From: Lama guanicoe
Lineage: Eukaryota
DNA: 64,000 nucleotides
Assembly (NCBI GenBank): GCA_013239625.1
Contig: MU055574.1
Location: forward strand, 7,639,386 to 7,703,385
Direction of reading: 5' to 3'
Part shown: in pieces, positions 25,450-37,754 of the stretch
How positions within the stretch are numbered: position 1 is the first letter of the stretch
Layout of the letters: the number at the start of each line of letters is the position of its first letter
Made by a program: the position numbers and the translations under genes
The notes under the pieces: generated by a model
Told to the model about the DNA's origin: nothing
Database searches by the model: none
Seen by the model: only the letters and a program-made list of their open reading frames with translations

Positions 25450-26110
25450 ATGAAAGGGAACTGCATGTCTTCCCTGACCAACCCCACGGAGCCACTCGGT
25501 GCCCCAACAAGGTTCAGACTGTCCGCGTTCTCAGGTTCAGGAAATGCACGTTCCCGGACACAGCCCAGCCTCGGAGGGCAAAGGAACCAGCTGAGCCAGA
25601 AGTGCCGCGTTCACAAAAGGAATTCCCCCCTCCCTTCCCCTCCTCCTCCCTCCCCTTTCTTCTCTCATCCCTCCTCCCATCCTCCGCTGGTGAATAATAT
25701 TACTCTGCTACCTGCCTGGATCAACACCGGGAGCCCCGGTCTTCAAGCATTCAGAGAATGTAACAGCCTGGAAATTCCTGTTGTCCGTTCGCTGAGGTCA
25801 CAGATAAAGNNNNNNNNNNNNNNNNNNNNNNNNNNNNNNNNNNNNNNNNNNNNNNNNNNNNNNNNNNNNNNNNNNNNNNNNNNNNNNNNNNNNNNNNNNN
25901 NNNNNNNNNNNNNNNNNNNNNNNNNNNNNNNNNNNNNNNNNNNNNNNNNNNNNNNNNNNNNNNNNNNNNNNNNNNNNNNNNNNNNNNNNNNNNNNNNNNN
26001 NNNNNNNNNNNNNCAGTTAAATGGCTGGAGAGAGTTGAAGTTTAAGCTTCCTCAACAGACGTAACCACAAATAGCTGGTTTAAATAAGCTCCTGCAGTAA
26101 CAAGCTGTTT
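25450..26110 (-). promoter_or_regulatory. Candidate internal promoter and first exon spanning N block 3
   Basis: On minus: TATTTAAA at 26086-26079, RUNX TGTGGTT at 26069-26063, donor-like CAG|GTAGCA (boundary 25712), then G-runs at 25655-25625. kB-like sites GGAATTCCCC at 25619-25628 and GGAAATTCC at 25770-25778; AGGTCA at 25795-25800; AGATAA at 25802-25807; CpGs locally frequent. Confidence 0.45.
25810..26013. other. N block 3 (204 nt; assembly gap or masked sequence)
   Basis: Run of N seen directly; unique flanks. Confidence 0.99.
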
Positions 26111-26479
26111 AGTACATTTTAACACAACTTTATGAGCATTAAACAGTACCTCCAATTATCTTATAAAATGCCACATAATCTTTTCTCTCATTCACCTTCT
26201 CCTTCATAGAACAACTCCTCTATTTTTGAAAGCATGCTTCCCAGACATTCATACTTAATCGGTCCAGAGAAAAACAACATCAGTTGCTTTCCAAATAAAT
26301 GTTAGGAAAATAACACAGATTGCAGTTCTGCATCTGCATTCTTTTAAAACATGCTTTTTAAGTAGAGCTAAGCTTAATGATAAGTTTCACCCAAGAAACT
26401 GACGTTTTGCACACCATCTTTGCAATTACATTTTTTCCTGAATTGGTTTGATCATTCATAGAAATAAAATATCACATGT

Positions 26480-26570
26480 ATTAGATACACCTACTATGGT
26501 ATCTAGCACGTAGTAGGCATACTTCTGTTTGCCAAAAACAGTGAATGAATGAATGAATGAATCAATCAAA
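26480..26570 (+). mobile_element. L2 3' end with (GAAT)n tail
   Basis: tctagcacgtagtaggcatac...gtgaatgaatgaatgaatgaatc. Confidence 0.65.
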
Positions 26571-27498
26571 TGCAATGTGCAAATACTTTAATTAAGTGAC
26601 AAGTAAGATGTTAACTCCGACTGAAATCTTGGGATTTTTTTTTCATTTTATGAGAAGGAAAATAACTTTTTACATGTGTAACAATTTTAATAGTTTTCAA
26701 GTCATCTGCTATCTTTTTCCTCCCACTCAAACATATGCACAGCTACCCTGCAAAGGAAGGTCTTTCAAATAGCTTTCATATTAGAAAATGCTGCATTTTT
26801 GCACATTTGAGTATTTGAGTATCTAGAAGTGTCCCCTTTCCAGTTTCCTTTAAACAAAAGTGCTGACACAATGAACCATAAAGGCAACGAGCTATGACGG
26901 AACCCAAAATTTGGCCTCAGGACCTGAACTCCTCCGACTTGCACGCCCTGTTTGTTAGTCTTCTTTACCAGTCTTCTACAAGTGGACAGAGTTTCATTGT
27001 TACTCAGTTAATTATTCGCCACAGAAAACTTCTCTGCGATCGAATTTATCTCAGTGCTTAATGATATTAAGTATCCTGCCCACACAATTGGCAAAGACCT
27101 ATGAGCAGCGTTGCTATAACTCTGGACAAGTTTAAGGGCTTTATTCTAGAGGGCAGCTCTCCAGAAACAGTAACAAGATGACATTTTGCTTCCTATGTCG
27201 GTAGGCTCTACATCACTTTCCTCAAGTAGGAGAACACTGCTATAAATACAGGTGGAAATTATTTTTAGTACCAAGATTTCGCAAAGCCTTCACGTTTCTC
27301 TCCTGTGCATATGTGTTAACAGTATGTGGCCTAGTTTAAAGACCTGAGTGGAAACGTTCGCTGGTGCCCTCTAGTTGATCACAGCTAAGCAACTCTGAAG
27401 AAACACACGTGTACCTGCATTACTCTCCTCGTAAGTACTGCCAAGTTCCTAATCATTAACAGTTCAGCAGTTAATCCCTGGCATGAGATGAGAGCTAA

Positions 27499-27626
27499 GG
27501 GGGAAAGGGTATAGTTCAGCAGTAGAGCGCTTGCCTAGCATGCATGAGGTTCCCAGTTCAACCCCCAGTATCTCCATCAAATAAATAAATAAACGTAACC
27601 CCCTCCCCAAAAACAAACCAAAAAAA
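27499..27626 (+). mobile_element. Camelid tRNA-derived SINE (Vic-1 type)
   Basis: gggg..agggtatagttcagcagtagagcgcttgcctagcatgcatgaggttcccagttcaacccccagtatctcca with A- and B-box remnants, then a (taaa)n, C-rich and A-rich tail. Confidence 0.88.
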
Positions 27627-28535
27627 TGCATGATAATAAAACATTAAACCTAGAGTCTCCTTTATTTCATAAAGTTTTATTATTCATTTTGAAAATGAAT
27701 AAAGGAAAAAAATTTAAGAAACTGGGAAAAAATCAAAAACACAAGATAACGAGACGTATTAGCATTTGCCAAAAAAGAACGTACTTAAAGCTAATTGACT
27801 CAGAAACCAAAAATGTTTCATGAATTTTACAGAAGCTCATATTTTTAAATAGCTCAAAACGAGACAAGGCATCCAGAGAGAATCAGGTTTCACCCTGCAT
27901 CATACATCTGACAGCCTTCTGTCATGGCGGTCTATGCTGGTCAAGTCTGAACTGAGGATCCTCAGATCATTTTAAAACAATGCTGCTCTCCAAAGGAGGC
28001 ACTGTTTCAAAGGGCACAGACATAACTATCAATCCAGAGACCACAGATTGACTTCAAGAAAAAACTATTTCCATCAGCACTCCTGGTTTTAGTAATTCCA
28101 TGCCTGTTAAATTTACTATCAGCCAAACAACTGATTTTTTTTAAAGAAAATGGAATTTCCTTACCCTAGATTGGAACCAATGCTATCATTATAATTTTTT
28201 AAACCTGTGAAACTATTTTCTGCTGCAATGCAATTACGCCAACCACTGATTAAAATTAAGAACTGCCAAAAAACAAGTTAGGAAGTACTTGCTAACTCTT
28301 ACCTTTTAAAAATGTCAAATAACATAACTACCTGGTCACTAAATTAAGAACAGATTATTTAATTATCTAGAATGAAGAGGCGGCACATACCAAAGAAAAT
28401 GTAGCCCCCAAAATCTGCCTTTTCAACATTAGGCTTCCTAGAAGCCATATTTAAACCCATCCTCTATGTTACTCTTGGAATCCCATGGTAATAAATATTT
28501 TTACATGTTGTGACTATACAGAAATACACGTTCCC

Positions 28536-29521
28536 AAACAATCCAATCCAAAAATGGGCAGAAGACCTAAAGAAGCATTTCACCAGTGAAGATATATGAA
28601 TGGCCAAAAGACATACAAAAAAACGCTCAGTATCATTAATTATAAGAGAAATGCAAATCAAAACTAGAATGAGGTATCACCTCACACCAGTCAGAATGGC
28701 CATCATTCAAAAGCCCATGAACAATAAATGCTGAGAGGATGTGGAGAACAGGGAACCCTCTACACTGCTGGTGGGAATGTAGTTTGGTGTAGCCATTATT
28801 GATAACAGTATGGAGATTTCTCAAAAAACTAAAAATAGACTTACCATATGATCCAGCAACCCCACTCCTGGGTATAGATCCAGAGGGAATGCTAATGCAA
28901 AAAGACACCTGCACCCCAATGTTCACAGCAGCACTATATATACAATAGCCAAGACATGGAAGCAACCTACATGTCCAAGGACAAATGACTGGATAAAGAA
29001 GCTGTGGTATATTTATACAATGGAATACTACTCTGCCATAAAAAAGAATAAAATAATGCCATTTGCAGCAACATGGATGGACCTAGAGATTGTCATTCTA
29101 AGTGAAGTAAGCCAGGAAGAGAAAGAAAAATATATCACTCATATGTGGAATCTAAAAAAAAAAAAAGACACTATGAACTCATCTACAAAACAGAAACAGA
29201 CTCGCAGACATAGTAAACAATCTTATGGTTACAGGGGTAAGGGGGTGGGAGGGGATAAATTTGGGAGTTTGAGATTTACAAATGTTAGCCACTGTATATA
29301 AAAATAGATTTTAAAAGTTTCTTTTGTATAGCACAGGGAACTATGTTCAATATCTTGTAATAACCTTTAATGGGTAAAATATGAAAACGAATATATGTAT
29401 GTATATGCATGACTAGGACATTGTGCTGTACAGGAGAGATTGACACATTGTAATTGACTATACTTCAATTAAAAAAAATCCATGTACAAAAGAAATCAAA
29501 AAAAAAAAAAAGAAAGAAAAA
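28536..29521 (+). mobile_element. 5'-truncated young L1: ORF2 C-terminal remnant, 3' UTR and poly(A)
   Basis: Remnant of the ORF2 Cys-rich region (cactgctggtgggaatgt = HCWWEC); ORF 29020-29301 begins [23 protein letters not shown], typical of L1; A-rich tail; imperfect TSD gaaatacacgttccc (28521-28535) and gaaaatcacgtccc (29522-29535). Confidence 0.95.
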
Positions 29522-30399
29522 GAAAATCACGTCCCTAGCTTACTATCCTATGCCTAGCCTAGGACAGATGTATCATATTTAGACTATAAGATTGGTTAGT
29601 TCTCCCTTTTAGCCTTAGTATTATAGCAGGATTTTATTTTTAATTTTTTTAATTACATTCTTAAAAGGTCTCATTGTTTAATAGCAGCCTCTTCCACTTG
29701 CCAAACAAAACTGTTTTCTGGATATTTTACAGGCTTGTGGTCAATTAAGTCATTATCTTCACCCTTTCCTACCCTGCAACTCACCTACATTAGGGCATGT
29801 GCTCACATACAGGCACACATACGCACACACGCACGCACTCACGTACAACATTTTCCTCCTACCTACTCTCCTTTGATGAAGCCAAACATTCACCAAGCAC
29901 CCAAAGGTAAATATGTAAGTCATCTTTAACTGCTCCTTACCCTCAGCTCTCATTGACTGTCTCCCTTGTCAATCTTCTCTCAGCCCACCACTATGATCTA
30001 AGTTTTAGCCTTCACCATTCCTTCACTTTGTTAAATACAATAATTATCATAGGTTCTCCCTTTCCTCTCAAACAAGGCTCTACATGACTACAAGTGAGTT
30101 TTATGAAATGTAAATTTGACTATGGCATTCATTGGATTAAACCCTTCAACGGCTCCTGGCTGCATCGCAGTCTTATGCCAGAGATCATCCTACGCTGTGA
30201 TAATTATTCATTCGATGTCTGAGCTCTATTTGGTTTGGAGCTCCCTACGGCCAGGGACTGAGCTGTGCTGAGTGCTGCATCTCCTGCTCCCAGCAGAATG
30301 ACTGCCTGGCACACTTGCTGGACCAAAGCGGACTGAATGATAAAATAATGCATTGAAAATTTATACTCCAGATGTAGTCGAACTAGACTACATAGAAAG

Positions 30400-30610
30400 A
30401 CAGCATGGTAGAGTGAAAGAGTATTCTCTTTGAAATCAAAGAAACATGGCATCCATTCACACAGCCCTATCATGTCTTCAGCAATTACATAACCTCTCTG
30501 AACCTTTGGTTCTCAGCACAAAAAATGGTGTTAGGATAAAATGGAATAACATACATTATGTGCCTACCACTTATTGAGAAGGCGTTCAGTAAATGGTAGC
30601 TATTATTATA
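30400..30610 (+). mobile_element. MIR SINE
   Basis: cagcatggtagagtgaaagag...ataacctctctgaacct...cagtaaatggtagctattatta. Confidence 0.65.
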
Positions 30611-30714
30611 TCTTAGGTGGGAGTGTATAATAGAACAATTTCATTTCCAATATGTAATTTTACACACACATATCAGACATAAAAATTATCTACTTCTGGG
30701 ACAAGACACATACC

Positions 30715-30871
30715 TATATATCTGTACTACCCAATATAGTAGCCACCAGCCAAATGTGGCTACCGACACAGAATGTGGTTAGTGTGACCCAGGAATTGGT
30801 TTCTAATTTTTAATTAATTTAAATGTAAACAGCCGTATGAGACTGGGGGGCTACCTTATTGGACGGCAAAG
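30715..30871 (+). mobile_element. MER3 (hAT-Charlie) DNA transposon
   Basis: ccaatatagtagccaccagccaaatgtggcta...taattaatttaaatgtaaacagcc...ggctaccttattggac. Confidence 0.8.
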
Positions 30872-30966
30872 ATTTATTTTGACTCTGACATCAGTGGTTC
30901 TCCCTTTAAGGGACTGTCTCCTCCCCTGTCCCCAGATCAGTCCTTTTGTAAGGTTGAAGTGTCAGT

Positions 30967-31032
30967 GTCACACTTCTCCTTCTGTTAAAGAAGTCAGACG
31001 TCACACTTCTCCTTCTGTTAAAGAAGTCAGAC
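30967..31032. repeat. Perfect 33-bp tandem duplication
   Basis: gtcacacttctccttctgttaaagaagtcagac occurs twice head-to-tail (30967-30999 and 31000-31032). Confidence 0.97.
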
Positions 31033-33859
31033 GTAAAACAACCCATTCTATACTAAGAGATTTAGTCCTGAAGTATGAGATCATATGACAGAGTTCCACA
31101 TAGAGTATTCATGCTGAATGAGTAACTGTATCAATGAAAAAAATGAATGAAGAAGACAGTCCACAGAACAGAACCCCCAACACAACACAAGGACACAGAT
31201 TACGGTGGCAAGTGCACAGGATTCGGGACCTGAAGACCTTGCTTCAAATGCCAGCTCTGCCACTCACATTCCAAGAGGTCTAAGGAAAATCTTTGGACCT
31301 TTCATCTGTCAACTAATGATAATTAATTATAACTCACAAATATTCTGAAATAATCAAATGAGAAAAATCATTTGTAATGATTTCTGTGATATTCTGTAAC
31401 AATCAAATGAGAAAAATCAGACACATAAATATTAGTGCAAATGGTGTAAATGAGAAAATAACATTTAAATCTCACCTTCTATATTATTACAGTAAATAGT
31501 GTCCTACAAATATGAGATATACAATGCATACGTCTTGACAATCTGGGTAAATGCCTATAGGAAAAGATTAATAATTAGAAGCATGGATTACACTTCCGCC
31601 TGTAAACTATAACAAAAGGACATATTAATTCACTGCAATTATTATCTATAGTGTACTGTCTTTATCTGACACCAAGGTCAGATAATGTTGAAATCTGCTT
31701 TTGAACATATGACCTATCTCCTTAATCATATCTCATGTGCTGTACAGACAGGATTTGTGGCCCTCAGCAATATTTGATAACAACAATTCACTTCCGTGCT
31801 TTATGGTTCATGAAGTACTCTTACATATATTCTTAAAGTTATCTTCTGGACAACTCAAGATAGGCCGAGAATTCTATTATTCCCATTTTTCATAAAGGTA
31901 AAGTAATAATAGTGCTAGTAGATAAAACTGTCAGATTAGGAAATCTAAGTCCACAGAGATTTTACCATTATATGTCCAGGAATTTCATGGCTTTACATTT
32001 CCGAGGAAGGATCCAGATTTTTGTTAATATGCTCCCACAAGAAGAATTTTAACAAAATATTAGGTATCACACCATACACATATCTCATCATACACATGTG
32101 TACAGATATAATTCACTTAGTTAATATTAATATATAATTTAATAGTTTTTAAAAGTGTTCCACCCACACTCATTTAGCAGATCCTTATAATACCCCACAA
32201 AGAAGGCACCCCAGGTAGGGGCACCCTCATTTCTAGATAAGGAAATAGGGACTCGGACTGACCTGACTCCTGACCGCGTCTCTGCAGAGTGATGAAGAGC
32301 AATGATATGCATACTTGGGCTGTGGGTCCAGATCTACTACCAACTAGCTGAGAAACTTCAGGTAAGTCATCCAACCTCTCTGAGCCTCACCTTCCTCTAG
32401 GAAAATTAAAGAATGTGAGTCACTCACAGATACCATTTGGCTGATTAAATCCTAATATTCTGCGACTCAGCTAATCAGCAGCATGGCTGAGACAAGGCCC
32501 CAGATGGTCTAAGCCCTTGCGGGTCCTCTGCCCCCTCCCACACTGTACTGCCTCTTAGGATATTTCACTGATTTTTCACAATGGAAGAGTTCATTCCACT
32601 TGTTTGTTTGTTTATCTTTATAGAGCATTAGGCCCTCTTTATGCTCTGTTCCCTGGGCTTATGTTCAGCCAGTAAAAACATTCCTCTACCAGAAAGGCTG
32701 GTGAGACAGACATGTGCAGGCACAGGGGGTCTGGGGAAAGGGCGTGTCCTCCTGTGACCTCCCCGCACTGCACGGCCAGGCTTCCACTCTGGGAATGGGA
32801 GGTGCATGTTTGTTTGATGGCTTTTGATATCATTTTCATTTTTGTTTTTCAAAGAAACAGTGCAAAACCCAAGGCTGATAGGGCTGATAGGAAAGACAGG
32901 CACGCTCCTACATCCAGGTCCAGGGACAGGGTCACAATTAATGTAATGTCATCTAAGTGGCTCAACCAAAGACCCTCCTACCAGAAGGGGGCAAGTCCAG
33001 GAGCAGTCATCGGTGAAAGCACCTGGCTGGAGGTGGGGACTCTGGCGCACAGATCCACACAGACCCCCCTCTGCTGGCATAAATAGAGCAATTCCTACAT
33101 CCCTGCGGAGGCAGGTGCCAGAGAAATAAGCAACCTGACCCCCTGAAGAGTCTTTGGAGCCTGGCAGTAACCTGAGCTGCCCTAGGTTATTTTTGCTGAG
33201 GGCTAGTGGTTCTTAAAGGGACTGTGCTCTGAGGACACACATCCAGACACAGAATGCAGATCAATGAATAGATCGAGGTGATGGGCTTCTCTTCATGGGA
33301 CGCAGTTTATTGAAAGTATGTAATAAATCAATTAGAAGATATGTAAGTAAACATTTTACTGCCCCTTCAAGGCGATCAATTGTACTACCCTGTGATATAA
33401 CATTACCGGTTTAAAAAAATGAAAATGCTGAATAAGACAGAACCCCATTGGTTTAAAATGGAAAAAGAAAGCAGGCATTCCCCCAAGGCTCTGTCCTCAG
33501 TGCCAGGCTGCTCTTAAGAAGGAAGTTGGGGGCAGAGATTAGAGACGGAGCTGGCTGCCAGGGCTGTGCTCTAGAATTACTTAGCATCCCCCGTTTAAAT
33601 GCTCCCTACAATCTTGACAAGCATAAAGTTGTTCAAAGAAGAAAAGCAGAGCTCCAAGCAGACACTCAGAAGTTACGTGACGGGGGAGCGCTGGCCCCTT
33701 CCAACACCGTCTACCCTAATGGTGAAGATTCAGAAAGCAAACACCCACCCCATTCAAAAAAAAAGTTCTCGGGAAACAAGCAGTCCTTTCATTCTCTGTC
33801 CCACATCCCTAAACTGGCCAGGGAGGAGCAGGAGTGATCCAGTAACTAGGAAAGTGGGG

Positions 33860-34860
33860 CCCAGAGTCCCAGTGCTCAGGTTCGGGTGACCTTGGGCAGG
33901 TGAGTTGCACTACTGGAGCCTCAGTGGCAGTAACAGTAATACCTACACCATCAGGCCATTTCGGAGATTAAATAAGATACTCATATGTGTAGTGTACTTG
34001 GACTTGCGCCTGGCACATGGAATCCTTCAGCTGAACAGGTGCTATTATTAGTGGTATTAGTATTCTGATTCAGCAAGTGTGTAATTCAAGTTGCCTTGAA
34101 ATTTGGCAAACTGTAAACATGAGAAAATAATGTATCAGCTAGCTACGGGGCAGGTCCTTCGCAGACATGATCCCCAGTGCCCACAACTTTGCCAGGCAAG
34201 TGATTCTACTCCCTCTGCAGATGAGGGACATGAGGCTCACAGAGGTTTAGCAGCTTGCCTGAGTGACAGCCACTAAGGGACAGAGCAGGGATTTTAACTC
34301 ATCTGACTTCAGAGCCTGTACTCCTTCCACTCAACTGAGAAACAGTCAGGGAACAGTGTAGAGAGCAGAGTGGAGAATCCTCCAGTTCAGCTCCTGTTCC
34401 ACGACTTGTTAACTGTTCTCTTAGGTCTGTCATGTAACCTCTCTGTCCTGTTTCCCCTTCCAGCTATGATATGGGGACAGGGGAGGCCTGATTTCTGCAG
34501 CAAGTTACCCATCTATTATTGAGCTACAGGCAATTCTACTGGGAATAATAAAGTTCCCTGTAATCCTATTAAAACTACATTATTTTAAGTGTGTGCTTCT
34601 GAGCCATTGATCTTCAGAAATCCGCAGGCTCTATATAATATAAATCATGAAAAAAAACATAAAAACGCCGAACATCTTCACAAACATTATCTCATTTAAT
34701 CACGCTACTCAGCAAGGTGGCTATGTGCCTATTTCTCAGGTGAAGAAACTGAGACACATTAAATCAATTGCCTATAGTCACATAACCAAGAAATAGTGGA
34801 CTCAGCACTTGAATATCGAGTTTTTTTCTGATATCACATCTATGTTCCAACCATTTTACT
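33860..34860. mobile_element. Cluster of MIR SINEs in both orientations
   Basis: gtgaccttgggcagg...gagcctcag (+, about 33860-34050); gcagatgagggacatgaggctcacagaggtt (-, about 34170-34330); caggtgaagaaactgagacaca (-, about 34670-34860). Confidence 0.7.
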
Positions 34861-35269
34861 ATTTCTAGCTCTGGAGAAATATCAACATCTCTCCTTGTGT
34901 GGTCTGCTATGCTTAGGAATACATCAAGGTCTGATTCATTGCTAGCATCTCCTTCTGTCTCATGCACTGTGTTTTACTTGTGCTATAAAACACAGTTTCA
35001 ATTAACAGGTATGCTATTCCCCAACATAGCATGCTATCTCCCCCAGAAATCCAAGTCAGTAGGATAACTTCCCACAGCTGGAGTGTCTCAGGATGGGGCC
35101 ATGTTTTTCCTTGTCACTGTAGAGCTTGTAGTATCTTATTTAACTGAATAAGTCTCAAGATAGTTATGACTTTATAAAATCATATCTGTATGCCCCTATT
35201 TTGAATAATTTCTTTAAAGCCTGGGTACTTCTAGCAGAGAATGACAAGAGAAGTTACACTTCAGGATAG

Positions 35270-35480
35270 CATTTGTTGAATGTCTACCATGTGCCTTGCA
35301 CTGTTCCAAATGCTTTACATTTACTTATTTATTTATTCCCGGCAATAATTCTGCAGGTGGGCACTGTTATTATCCTATGTTACAGATGAAGAAACGAAGC
35401 CATGTTAACTTGCCCAAGGGTATAGAGCCAGTTAGTGGCAGAGCAATGATTTGAACCCAGGGGCTCCGGCATACAGAGTT
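35270..35480 (-). mobile_element. MIR SINE
   Basis: catttgttgaatgtctaccatgtgcc...ttacagatgaagaaac...ttaacttgcccaagg...atttgaacccagg. Confidence 0.8.
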
Positions 35481-37754
35481 GAGATCTCATTTAATCTTTA
35501 CAACAATCCTAAACAGCAGTGCTAATCATCTTGGAGATTGACGTATGCCTTAATAACTCACTGGCACAACCTGACATTCAGGTGAAAAACAAAATTATCC
35601 AATCTAATTGTTTATAATAACAATCCCTGTTCTTGATCAAAGCTTATCCCAAGTAATATGCCCATCACATCAATTTAAAAGGTTGTTGGAAAAATAAAAC
35701 TACATTTTAATTTTAATACTTGAAGTATCAGTTTATAACCAGTTTGACTCTTTGTGGACAAAGATACTTTTACCATACAGTCTTGCATACTTCACACTGT
35801 CTTTCACTTGAAATCTTAAAATCATCATGATTCTATCTAGTATCCTGTGAAATTTGCCTTTTAAAACACAGAAATGTGTTGAGGGGTTTCTTTAGGACTT
35901 AAATTCTTTTCTCTTTTCTTACTCTCATCAATCTTCTTGTCTCCTCAATTTTTTCTTTTCTATTTTCCCTTTCTTGTTGTTTATTTTGTTTCTTTGTCAC
36001 GGTGACTTAGGGTGGTGCCCAGTCCTGTCGTGATCTTCCAAAATTAGAAGTCCTTCTGCAGGCTTCTCGAAGTGGAGTCTACAGATTCCCCACATCATTG
36101 CCTTCAAGGATGGGCCCCCAAATCTACATTTTCAGCAAGCTGCCCTGGTGCATTGCACCCAGACTGGGATACACCATAGGATTTTCAATCTACCAATTCC
36201 TTTGTTCAGTTCTACTATTGAAGCCTATTTTCATTAAGCAATGTGTATTTGCTGATTTTAAGAAAAATGTAAACTTCACTCTCTAGGCTTCAGTTGAGAG
36301 CCTCACACAATATGCACGTTATGTACTAAATTTAAAGTGAAGATTTTAGCACACTTTATTATTTATGTCTATGTGGAGCAATGAGGAAATACGACAAATT
36401 AGTGTTGGATAAGATGAGGACTCCAGATGGGTCAAATGAAGGCGCCCAATGTCCTTGCTCACAGGGACGCACCCACCCTGTCTGAGCAGAGTTTGCTGTG
36501 CACCACATGTTCCCTTTCAGCATTTTACTTAAGTGTAAAGCCTGACCATTTGTGTCCCTGTATCTACCCTCATGATCTAAAATCAACTTTACTGAACTAA
36601 GAACCAACGGCTGATATAAGGGGAAAATACTCAAACAGAGCTTCTTCAGAAGTCTTCATTTAATGAAAAATACTTATTGCCTAATAATGCAGAAGACAAG
36701 CTAAAACTCGAAACATGACCTTGTTTGAGAGGTTCTTTGCCTAAGTGTGATCATTTTCCACAACACCTCACAGGGAAGTCAGATCCACTGGGGTCAACAC
36801 GACAGGCTACTCTAGTCAATCTCGTCACTTCACCTACCTTGTCACATTCCAGCGCTATTGTTTTCTAGCCTCACAGAGACATCCAGTTCCTCAAGCCCTC
36901 CCTTCCAATAGTTCAGAACCTCTTCCTCTTGTCCTATCTCTCTTCCTCCAGCTCCTTCCTCTCCTCCTCCCCCACCTTTCACTATCCTGTCCGGATCCCA
37001 CTGGGAACCACCTCCCCCTTGTCCTTGCCAGCATTCTTTGTCACCCTATTCCTTCAGTGTATTCATCTCAAAAACCTACTCTGGACCACTCCCCCTGCGA
37101 GTCCTATATCACCGTCTCAGATCAGGAACATCAACTACTACAGAGGCAGAGCTATTTCTGCTGAGCCCTCTGCAGACCAGGTGAGTGTTACCGTCTCATG
37201 ATTGCGCTTCCTCTACAGGCAACTCCAAGCGTTCCCTACTTTCTTCAACATTATTCAATATTTACAGACAAATGACTTTGCCTTCTTCTTCACAAAAACT
37301 ATAAATGAAATGAAATGAAATAAAGATTTTCAAGGAAACATTTCCTCCATGTAGAGTTTCTATCCATAAACTAATTATTAACACACCTCCCTACCCTCCC
37401 CACCTTCTGCCCCAATTAGCCCTTTCTAGAGTTGGGAGCACACCAACTGCTCCAGGATTCTGCTCAATCAGTGATCATCTGTTCCTTTTCTCAGCCCCCT
37501 TTGTCTCTCCAGTGGCTCCCTCTTGGCCACACACATCAACAGGTTCACATCTATATAAAAAAACTCTCTGGGTCCCAGTGCTATCTGTCTATCACTTCAC
37601 TCCTCCCAGGCACAGCCAAGCTTTTGGAAAGAGTAGTCAAGACAATGAGGGCAAAAGTAGGACTATAATATTGTCCTCTCCTCTGACTTCAGTGCTAGAA
37701 TAACCCTTGGTGGGCCCTTAACAAATAATTCTCCCTGCTTAATACTGATTCTTC

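Noticed and set aside
27499-27580. tRNA gene
   Set aside because: The cloverleaf and boxes are degenerate and a SINE tail follows, so it is a SINE head.
28464-29301. ORFs with L1-like peptides
   Set aside because: These are broken remnants and antisense frames of a truncated L1, not a functional gene.
30967-31419. CRISPR-like repeat-spacer array
   Set aside because: There are only two copies of each repeat, in mammalian DNA with no cas genes; these are simple local duplications.
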